Of a stretch of 43,013 bases of DNA, positions 26,368 through 33,293 are shown piece after piece. Where the stretch lies: IMG/VR virus record IMGVR_UViG_3300046733_000343; one strand, 5' to 3'. The position numbers and the translations under genes were made by a program. Under the pieces are notes generated by a model. That model had not been told where the DNA came from and made no database searches. It saw nothing but the letters and a program-made list of their open reading frames with translations. Origin of the DNA: a virus. Every line of letters starts with the position of its first letter. The first letter of the stretch is position 1.

Positions 26368-26764
26368 CGAAATGGACGCAACACCATCACCCCGACAACA
26401 GATGCTCCGTGAAGCCGAACAGCTGGTGGCAAACGGACGAAACAAGGAATATGGAGACCCCACCACCAACATGCAAAGAACCGCAGAAATGATGGCGGCA
26501 TATCTGGGACATCGAACAGGCAGAGAGCTAGAGGCGCACGACGTTGCTGCATTCGGCATCATCCTCAAACTCGGCAGACTGGCACACGATCCAACAAAAC
26601 TCGACAGCTGGACCGATGTGGCCGGATATGCCGCTATTGGTTACGAGGCAATAAAAAAGGCTGACACGAATGCCAGCCTCTTCGATGCCCTTGCTGATGC
26701 GGTCAACTCTACTCCTCTTCCAAAAACACCTCGTCGCCAATCTCCTCCGGCAGCTCAACCGTAA
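26348..26764 (+). CDS. DUF6378-like phage protein (family sometimes annotated dATP/dGTP pyrophosphohydrolase-associated)
   Basis: NGRNKEYGDPTTNMQRTAEMMAAYLG...HDVAAFGIILKLGRLAHDP...DSWTDVAGYAAIGYEA fits the remembered family pattern. Alternative start at 26372. Confidence 0.45.
   Translation: MTKFPSDEMDATPSPRQQMLREAEQLVANGRNKEYGDPTTNMQRTAEMMAAYLGHRTGRELEAHDVAAFGIILKLGRLAHDPTKLDSWTDVAGYAAIGYEAIKKADTNASLFDALADAVNSTPLPKTPRRQSPPAAQP
26653..26679 (-). terminator. Possible terminator of the - strand cassette, embedded in the convergent + gene
   Basis: The - strand reads AGGCTG-gcattcgtgt-CAGCCT followed by TTTTT. It starts 30 nt past the stop at 26709. The stem is short. Confidence 0.35.
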
Positions 26765-26891
26765 CGACGCGATAACGGCACTTCTTACAGCGCCGCACTC
26801 GCCGGACAGTCGCAAACCCATATTTGAAATGGTGGCGGCTTTCTTCCGTGCCGGTTCTCGTCTTGCATTCTGGGCAGAGGATTATTGACAT
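26709..26891 (-). CDS. Stand-alone four-Cys zinc-ribbon protein (NrdR N-terminal-like / Ogr-Delta-like)
   Basis: MSIILCPECKTRTGTEESRHHFKYGFATVRRVRRCKKCRYRVVTVELPEE. The pattern CPxC..SR..VRRxRRCxxCxxR..T.E parallels the NrdR zinc ribbon. The start overlaps the upstream stop (TAATG). Confidence 0.6.
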   Translation of the reverse strand: MSIILCPECKTRTGTEESRHHFKYGFATVRRVRRCKKCRYRVVTVELPEEIGDEVFLEEE

Positions 26892-27277
26892 TATTGGCCC
26901 CAGTAAAACAAACCGGCAAACCAATCGACCGCCGCTTGCTCTTTCTCGTTTAAGTAAATTACTTGCTCCGGCTCATACCAATCTTGGTGAAACGCCTTTA
27001 CGCCTGTTGGCTCGTCGTGCTGGTCGAGATCACCGGCAATCCAGTAAGCAGGCCCACCAGTGCCAAGCATGATGCGAAACTCTAACGCTGTAAACTTTGA
27101 CGAATGGGCTTCCCATCCGCTGCGCACCTCACAGCTCAAAGGCAACTCACGCAGCCTGTCGCAGAGGCTCTCGGCCTTCTCATATTCGTCATATGCTATT
27201 TTCTTCTGGTATTCTTCGTAATCGGCAACCAGATCGGAAATCGTGCTGCGTAGTGTTGTTTTGCTATTGTCGCTCAT
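26891..27277 (-). CDS. Hypothetical protein (128 aa)
   Basis: ATG at 27277 with AAGGAA RBS. Begins MSDNSKTTLRSTISDLVADYEEY.... The longer 186-aa reading in the track has an implausible Trp/Cys-rich leader. Confidence 0.6.
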   Translation of the reverse strand: MSDNSKTTLRSTISDLVADYEEYQKKIAYDEYEKAESLCDRLRELPLSCEVRSGWEAHSSKFTALEFRIMLGTGGPAYWIAGDLDQHDEPTGVKAFHQDWYEPEQVIYLNEKEQAAVDWFAGLFYWGQ

Positions 27278-27350
27278 TGTGTGTTCCTTTTGTTTGCGCT
27301 CGATGTGATAACATCTAGGAACGCCCCCAGAGGGGCGCTCTCCGCTGTTG

Positions 27351-27482
27351 TCAGCCGCCAAATGCCAAAAGAGTGACCAGCATGACGCATAGCGCCAATA
27401 TGCCCACCAAATCCCCCAGCAGCTCCGCCGGGTTGCGTGTGTAATACTCAAAGGCTTCTTTGATCTGTTCCATAGTGGTCAT
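27351..27482 (-). CDS. Small membrane protein (43 aa)
   Basis: Hand-translated as MTTMEQIKEAFEYYTRNPAELLGDLVGILALCVMLVTLLAFGG, with one C-terminal TM helix, followed by the hairpin CGCCCC-tctg-GGGGCG. Confidence 0.4.
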   Translation of the reverse strand: MTTMEQIKEAFEYYTRNPAELLGDLVGILALCVMLVTLLAFGG

Positions 27483-27486
27483 GTCC

Positions 27487-27702
27487 TCATACTCCGGCAT
27501 TGTCGCTCGTATCTGTCAACAATGTTTCGATGTTTGCTTTGATCTGCTCAACGGTTGCGTCTGGCACAGTTGACGCAAAGCGCCCGACTTGCTCCATTGC
27601 ATCGGCAAAACGTTCATTGTTCGGCGCAGTGATTGCCAAAATTAACGCGTTGTGAAGTCCGTCGGACGGTGTTCTGAGCGGTTCGATCAAATGGTCTAGC
27701 AT
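27487..27702 (-). CDS. Hypothetical protein (71 aa)
   Basis: ATG at 27702 overlaps the upstream stop by 7 nt. Acidic and helical. Confidence 0.55.
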   Translation of the reverse strand: MLDHLIEPLRTPSDGLHNALILAITAPNNERFADAMEQVGRFASTVPDATVEQIKANIETLLTDTSDNAGV

Positions 27703-28451
27703 GATAATTCCTTTCTAGTGATTGATGCGGCCCGACCCCACTGGTCGGCCATTGCTGCGGCCAATGCCGGGTAAAACTTGCTGCGGATCTTCCAGCGATC
27801 TTTGCCGGGGGATGCCTTGTGGATGTCGTCCCGCGCTGTCGAGCCGTCCAGCGTCCCGGTCTTCTTTAGGTTGGGTAGGTTGCGCGTCCAAAAGCATGTG
27901 CGCTTCTTTACATTGTCCGGGCCATCTGGATCGGTGGCAAACTCCCAAGGCTGAACAGACTGCGCAAATGGCTCATAGTTGCGGATGCGCTCTTTTGCAT
28001 GTTTGTGCATCACTGGGTTTTCTATCGCCAAGCAAGGCACGTCAGCATTCCAAAGGTCACTAAACAGCTCCGCGCCTTCCTCAAGCTGCCGCCACATTTC
28101 TTCCAGCGTCTTGTTGGGTGGTGGGACGCTCAACCATCTGACGCCAGAGTTGCAAAGGCGAGTGCATGGCGGGTGGCCGATGAATACTAAGTCAAAATCG
28201 TCCTGGCTAATTACGTCCCGCACGTCGCCTTGGATGTGGCGATTACTTGGCGTGTCGCTGGGCAGAATGTCACAAGACCAAGTGTCGTAACCTTGGTCAA
28301 GAAAAGCCTGACGCACGATGCCGCTAGTCTCGCAGCCAACTAAAACCTTTGTGTGCCGCTTGGTTTCCTCAATCAGTTCTTCGAGGTCGGTCTGACGCTC
28401 CCCAACTTGGGAAGCGCTGCCTTGGTCAAATATATCGAATTGGTATCCCAT
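27696..28451 (-). CDS. Short DNA (cytosine-5) methyltransferase-like protein
   Basis: ATG at 28451 (TAATG coupling). VLVGCETSG (motif I-like), IGHPPCTRLCNSG (PC catalytic motif IV-like), LAIENPV (ENV motif VI-like). Only 251 aa, with no obvious target-recognition domain. Confidence 0.55.
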   Translation of the reverse strand: MGYQFDIFDQGSASQVGERQTDLEELIEETKRHTKVLVGCETSGIVRQAFLDQGYDTWSCDILPSDTPSNRHIQGDVRDVISQDDFDLVFIGHPPCTRLCNSGVRWLSVPPPNKTLEEMWRQLEEGAELFSDLWNADVPCLAIENPVMHKHAKERIRNYEPFAQSVQPWEFATDPDGPDNVKKRTCFWTRNLPNLKKTGTLDGSTARDDIHKASPGKDRWKIRSKFYPALAAAMADQWGRAASITRKELSC

Positions 28452-28753
28452 TACATCACCGCCAATTCTAGCGCGTGTGACTGTATGCGCTCGATGCTTT
28501 CCCAGTTGCGCACGTCGCTGTGGTCGCAAGTGCGCTCGGTGTAGTTCCATTCGATGCTTTGAGCCTTGCATGTCGTGTGCAGCTTGTAGGCGTCACAGTC
28601 TTCTTCGAGTGCGAATACTCTCTCGCCATCGATCACACTGGTATAAGAATAGTGGGTGAAGTCGTTGGCTGTCAGGCCAAGGGCTTTGACTGCTGATGCT
28701 GATACGATCAACCAGCCGTGGCCTGCGTCGCTTTCGTGTAGTACATTTAACAT
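28451..28753 (-). CDS. Hypothetical protein (100 aa), first gene of the - strand cassette
   Basis: MLNVLHESDAGHGWLIVSASAVKALGL.... AAAGGAAAC RBS upstream. Its stop overlaps the MTase-like start. Confidence 0.6.
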   Translation of the reverse strand: MLNVLHESDAGHGWLIVSASAVKALGLTANDFTHYSYTSVIDGERVFALEEDCDAYKLHTTCKAQSIEWNYTERTCDHSDVRNWESIERIQSHALELAVM

Positions 28754-28826
28754 AGTGTTTCCTTTGTTTGCGCTTGTTGATGCCTACGGTCGGCACCTGT
28801 CGACAAACTGCCAAAATGGCCGTTAG

Positions 28827-28855
28827 TTGTCAACACAGTTGTGCAATAGTATTAT
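28827..28855 (+). promoter_or_regulatory. Sigma70-like promoter upstream of terS (its -35 overlaps a - strand TTGACA)
   Basis: TTGTCA (28827-28832), 17 nt, TATTAT (28850-28855). The complement of 28828-28833 reads TTGACA facing the - strand cassette. Confidence 0.5.
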
Positions 28856-28890
28856 TGAGGCGGGAAACAGACAGGAGCGCAGCCGTGGGA

Positions 28891-29337
28891 ATGATTAGGC
28901 AGAGACAGGCGACGGACCAACAAAAGTCCTTCGTGCAGTATTTGGTCAGAGAGAATAAGAAGCCCACTGAAGCCGCACGAATGGCAGGCTATCTGCACCC
29001 AAAGCAGTCAGCCTATGATTTAACCCGCAATCCTTCCGTGATGCTGCTTATTCGGCAGGCAAGACAAACCCTCTATCAAACCGACCTTGCCAACTTGGCA
29101 GCTGATACGCTGCGCGTGGTGATGGTGGACCCTGATGCACCGGCGTCGGCCAAGGTTTCAGCCGCCCGCACGGCGCTCGAGCTGGCCGGAGACCTCAACA
29201 AGAACGGTGACGGTGCAGCTGATGGCCGCAGCCTCGCCGAAATGACACCCGATCAGTTGGCAAGTATGATCGATCGTTGGGAAGCAGAGCGCGCCGATAT
29301 GGCAAAAGACGTGACAGCGGCGCAAAACGACGAATAA
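28891..29337 (+). CDS. terS: Terminase small subunit
   Basis: QQKSFVQYLVRENKKPTEAARMAGYLHPKQSAYDLTRNPSVMLLIRQA matches the Terminase_2-type HTH pattern (KQ..F...Y...N.T.AA..AGY...A..L..NP.V...I). Confidence 0.7.
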   Translation: MIRQRQATDQQKSFVQYLVRENKKPTEAARMAGYLHPKQSAYDLTRNPSVMLLIRQARQTLYQTDLANLAADTLRVVMVDPDAPASAKVSAARTALELAGDLNKNGDGAADGRSLAEMTPDQLASMIDRWEAERADMAKDVTAAQNDE

Positions 29338-29509
29338 ACGTAATCAAAACAACGGATCGAATGGTGCAAGTGGGACCATTTGCGCTGCGGGGGATAGTAG
29401 TGCGGCCCCCGACCGACCCCACCCCCCGGCATGGTCCGACACCCTGGCCTCAGTGTATTATGGACGTCTCTACAAATTTTGTGGAATTTTGAACATTTCA
29501 CTCGTTTTG

Positions 29510-29538
29510 TTGATTGCTGCGCGCAACAGCGGTATAAT
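29510..29538 (+). promoter_or_regulatory. Strong sigma70-like promoter for the fibre/lysis/terL operon
   Basis: TTGATT (29510-29515), 17 nt, consensus TATAAT (29533-29538), 20 nt before the ATG at 29559. Confidence 0.6.
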
Positions 29539-29558
29539 GCAAGCAACATTAACGGATA

Positions 29559-29747
29559 ATGGCGGACGTTATGGGTTTGTACGATAACATGAATGCACAG
29601 AAGAAGTCTGGCAAGTCTCGGTCCAAGTCGAAGTCGACGATCAGCCCCGCGGCATACGCCGATATGAAGGCTGGTTTTCCGAATAGCAAGAAGAACAAGG
29701 CCAAGAAGTCGGCATCACGGACCAGCAAGGCTATGGGGTACAGCTGA
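29559..29747 (+). CDS. Small Lys/Ser-rich basic protein (62 aa)
   Basis: KKSGKSRSKSKSTISP...NSKKNKAKKSASRTSKAMGYS. The stop is coupled to the next start (TGATG). Confidence 0.6.
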   Translation: MADVMGLYDNMNAQKKSGKSRSKSKSTISPAAYADMKAGFPNSKKNKAKKSASRTSKAMGYS

Positions 29748-29899
29748 TGCAGTCTAACCCACGTCGTCTTATGGATAAGCGCGTTGAGGATTTAGGTGTT
29801 GTTTCGCCTAGTCGCCGGCATACTGGCAAGCGTGTCACATTGAAGCGTTTAGGCAAGCTGTTGGGTTCGTCTGGACTGAAGAGCAAGCGGAGAGCTTAA
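29747..29899 (+). CDS. Small Arg/Lys-rich basic protein (50 aa)
   Basis: Hand-translated as MQSNPRRLMDKRVEDLGVVSPSRRHTGKRVTLKRLGKLLGSSGLKSKRRA. Coupled on both sides (TGATG and TAATG). Confidence 0.5.
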   Translation: MQSNPRRLMDKRVEDLGVVSPSRRHTGKRVTLKRLGKLLGSSGLKSKRRA

Positions 29900-32800
29900 T
29901 GGCACAACCACGAGATTACACACGGCAGTATAACTTCAACGATTATCAGGCTACGAGCCCCAGCGATCCTTTGCGCGGTTCTGAGGTTGACGGTGAGTTA
30001 AACGCGATCAAGCTGACGTTGGATGATTTGAATGCGAACATTGCGAAGATACAGCGCGACGATGGTAAGTTGGGCAACGTTTCTGTTCACAAGGATGCGT
30101 TTGACCAGGGTGCGTTAGCGATTATCAACAGTACGTTTACGCCACGCGGAAATTGGTCTGCGGCCGTTTCTTATGTTGTGAATGATGCTGTAAACTTCAA
30201 CGGTGCGACGTACGTTGCGACTGTTGCGCATACATCGAGCGCGGCTTTTGCGACTGACACGGCTGCATCACGTTGGTTGTTGATTGCGAATGCTGCTCTT
30301 GCTGGGACGAGTAGTTCTGTTGATAAATTTGAGGGCGACGGTTTAACGACTGCGTTTACGTTGTCGAACACTTATGCGAGTGAGACATCGTTTTTTGTTT
30401 TTGTTAATGGGGAGTTATTGAACCCTGTTGATGATTATACGTTATCCGGCACGACGTTAACGTTATATACGGCTCCTGGTTTGCCGACTGTTGCTGGCAA
30501 TGAGAATTTGATTGTTTGGGGTTCTAATGTTGTTGCGCAGGCGTCTCAGGATGCTGCGGAGGCTGCCGAATCGAATGCGAGTGGTTTTGCTGACGAGTCT
30601 GAGAGCTGGGCGTCGAAGACGAATGGCATTGTTGAGAGTACGGATTATTCGTCTAAGGCATGGGCGACGGGTGGTACTGGCGTTGATGCTGGTTCTGGTT
30701 CTGCGAAGGACTGGGCTACGAAGACTAGCGGTACGGTTGGCAACACGACTGAGTATTCATCGAAGTATTGGGCTACGCAGGGTGATGTACCCATTGTTGC
30801 GACGAACATTGCTGACGTTAATACTGTTGGCACGAATATCAGCAGTGTGAACACGGTTGCTGGTATTGACGCTAATGTTACGACTGTTGCGGTCATTTCG
30901 TCTGATGTTACCACGGTTAGCGGTATATCTGGTAATGTTAGCACTGTAGCTGGTATTTCGTCTGACGTGACCACGGCTGCGGGTGACAGCGTTGATATTC
31001 AGACGGTTGCTTCGAAGTCTGTAGAGATTGGTCGTCTCGGTACGGCTGATGCTGTTTCTGACATGAACACGTTGGGCACTGCTGCGATTGTTTCTGACCT
31101 TGATACTTTAGCTGACATATCGACTGACATTTCTACGGTTAGCGGAATTTCTGCTAATGTTACTACGGCTGCTGGTATTTCTGCTAATGTTACGACTGTT
31201 GCTGGTATTGCGTCTGACGTTACTACGGTTTCGGGTATAAACACTGCGGTTTCGACTGTCTCTGGCATAGCGTCTGATGTTAGTACGGTTTCTTCGAACA
31301 ACGCTAATGTTACGACTGTTGCTGGGAACAATGCCAATATTTCCACGGTTGCGGGTGTAAGTACGGACGTCACTACGGTCAGCGGGATTTCTGGCAATGT
31401 TACGACTGTTGCCGGTGTTTCTGGAGATGTTACGACTGTATCGGGGATAGCGTCTGATGTTAGTACGGTTTCGACGAATAATGCTAATGTTACGACGACT
31501 GCTGGCTCGATCACTAGCGTCAACACGGTTGCTTCGAGCATAGCGGATGTAAACACGGCGGCTTCTAACATTGGTGATGTGAGTACCGTTGCTGGCGAGA
31601 TTGGTGTAAGTGGTGTTGTTACGATAGTTGCGGCTGCGATTACTGACGTTTCCACGGTATCTGGTGATATAGCTTCGGTTATTACGGCTGCTAATGACTT
31701 GAATGAAGCGGTGTCTGAGATTGACACTGTATCCAATAGCATTGCGAATGTTGATACGGTTGGCATTAATATTAGCGATGTGAACACGGTTGCTGGTAAC
31801 AATGCGAATGTTTCCACGGTTGCGGGAAATACGACTAATATCAATACGGTTGCTGGAATTGACGCTAATGTTACGACTGTTGCGGGGATTTCTAGCGATG
31901 TAACTACGGTTTCTGGTATTTCGAGCGATGTCACAACTGTAGCGGCTGATGTGACTGACATTGGTACTGTGGCGGCGAGCATTGCCAGTGTGAATACGGT
32001 TTCTGGTTCAATCAGCGACGTCACCACTGTTGCTGCAAATATCAATAACGTAAATGACTTTTTTGATGTTTATCGCGTCGGAACTTCAGACCCGTCTACT
32101 GGCAATGATAACGGCGATTTATTTTACAACAGCTCTTCTGGTATTTTAAAGGTTTACAATTCCACGACGGCTGCGTGGGAGCAGGGCGTAACTGCTGGTT
32201 CTGGTTTTTTAGCCCTTACTGGTGGGCAACTTACTGGCAACCTTACCTTCTCTGGATCGGAAACTGTTGATGGCCGTGACTTGTCCGTTGATGGGGCGAA
32301 GCTGGATGGCATCGAGGATGGTGCTAAAGCCGATCAAACAGCGGCTGAAATACGGGCGCTTGTTGAAAGTGCTACTGATAGCAATGTATTTACAGACGCA
32401 GACCACACGAAACTTTCTGGCATCGAAGCTGGCGCTGATGTCACTGATACACCAAACGTGGTTGCAGCACTAACTGCGGGTTCAAACATTACCATTGCCG
32501 CTAACGGTACTATCTCTGGCGCTGCTCAGTACACCCACCCATCTCACCCTGGCGATGACATCAATATAGATACTGGTGCGTTGAGTGGTGCGACAGTTAT
32601 CTCTGACCTAGACTTTAACGTAACCACCGACACTTTAGGTCACGTTACGGATGCTAATGCTACTTTTTCTACCCGAAACATAACCCTAGCAAACTTGGGC
32701 TACACTGGCGCAACTAATGCCAACCATATAACCAATAACAACCAGCTAACCAACGGCGCTGGCTACACAACGTACTCGGCAAACCAGAGTTTAGATACGA

Positions 32801-33282
32801 GCAGCGCCCCTACATTTAATAATATCTATAACAACGATTGGTTCCGCAATAATGCAGCTAACGAAGGTCTATATAACCAAGCTACAGGCAACCATTGGGC
32901 TTCTAGCAACCAAAATATATGGTATGCAGCTAACGGTGGAACCTCATCACAAATAGAATTACGGACGAGTGGCAATTCCAGACGGGGTTCACTCTTCGCA
33001 AACAATTCTAATGAAGTTGGCATCTTAGATAGTGATAATAGTTGGGCAATAAAACACGTCCGTGACAGTCGCACAGAGTTTTTCATTAATAACAGCGAAA
33101 AGATGCAGCTTGATAGCTCAAACCTGACCGTACACCACGGTAGCGTTGTTCTCGGTGGCACAGGCCGCATTCAGGGTGTGGATACAGTTTCGTCTGGAAC
33201 TGACGCAGCAAACAAAAACTATGTGGATACTGCGATAGCTAGCTCTGGTGCCAGTATGGCTACAATGTACACTTATGTTTAA
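29899..33282 (+). CDS. Tail fibre protein
   Basis: The N-terminus YTRQYNFNDYQ...EVDGELNAIKLTLDDLNANIAKIQRDDGKLGN is typical of podovirus fibre N-domains. There is a CBM5/12-like segment (WSAAVSYVVNDAVNFNGATYVATVAHTS...RW), a long decapeptide-repeat shaft, and a C-terminal DAANKNYVD. Confidence 0.8.
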   Translation: MAQPRDYTRQYNFNDYQATSPSDPLRGSEVDGELNAIKLTLDDLNANIAKIQRDDGKLGNVSVHKDAFDQGALAIINSTFTPRGNWSAAVSYVVNDAVNFNGATYVATVAHTSSAAFATDTAASRWLLIANAALAGTSSSVDKFEGDGLTTAFTLSNTYASETSFFVFVNGELLNPVDDYTLSGTTLTLYTAPGLPTVAGNENLIVWGSNVVAQASQDAAEAAESNASGFADESESWASKTNGIVESTDYSSKAWATGGTGVDAGSGSAKDWATKTSGTVGNTTEYSSKYWATQGDVPIVATNIADVNTVGTNISSVNTVAGIDANVTTVAVISSDVTTVSGISGNVSTVAGISSDVTTAAGDSVDIQTVASKSVEIGRLGTADAVSDMNTLGTAAIVSDLDTLADISTDISTVSGISANVTTAAGISANVTTVAGIASDVTTVSGINTAVSTVSGIASDVSTVSSNNANVTTVAGNNANISTVAGVSTDVTTVSGISGNVTTVAGVSGDVTTVSGIASDVSTVSTNNANVTTTAGSITSVNTVASSIADVNTAASNIGDVSTVAGEIGVSGVVTIVAAAITDVSTVSGDIASVITAANDLNEAVSEIDTVSNSIANVDTVGINISDVNTVAGNNANVSTVAGNTTNINTVAGIDANVTTVAGISSDVTTVSGISSDVTTVAADVTDIGTVAASIASVNTVSGSISDVTTVAANINNVNDFFDVYRVGTSDPSTGNDNGDLFYNSSSGILKVYNSTTAAWEQGVTAGSGFLALTGGQLTGNLTFSGSETVDGRDLSVDGAKLDGIEDGAKADQTAAEIRALVESATDSNVFTDADHTKLSGIEAGADVTDTPNVVAALTAGSNITIAANGTISGAAQYTHPSHPGDDINIDTGALSGATVISDLDFNVTTDTLGHVTDANATFSTRNITLANLGYTGATNANHITNNNQLTNGAGYTTYSANQSLDTSSAPTFNNIYNNDWFRNNAANEGLYNQATGNHWASSNQNIWYAANGGTSSQIELRTSGNSRRGSLFANNSNEVGILDSDNSWAIKHVRDSRTEFFINNSEKMQLDSSNLTVHHGSVVLGGTGRIQGVDTVSSGTDAANKNYVDTAIASSGASMATMYTYV
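30796..32058 (+). repeat. About 40 in-frame tandem 30-bp (decapeptide) repeats in the fibre shaft
   Basis: Units such as ISANVTTAAG / ISANVTTVAG / IASDVTTVSG / INTAVSTVSG, consensus (V/I)(S/A)x(D/N)V(T/S)TV(A/S)G, with a few irregular units. Confidence 0.9.
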
Positions 33283-33293
33283 GGAATATCTAA

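Noticed and set aside
26005-26568. 187-aa and 110-aa - strand ORFs opposite 25756-26764
   Set aside because: They have no RBS, an odd composition (Cys/Phe/Val-rich), and overlap two well-formed + strand genes.
30999-32045. 348-aa ORF on the - strand inside the tail-fibre gene
   Set aside because: It lies exactly antisense to the 30-bp repeat array, and the periodic sequence simply lacks stop codons in that frame. The translation is a monotonous TVVTS/ATV repeat with no start context. The + strand fibre ORF is continuous for 1,127 codons with recognisable N- and C-terminal fibre motifs.
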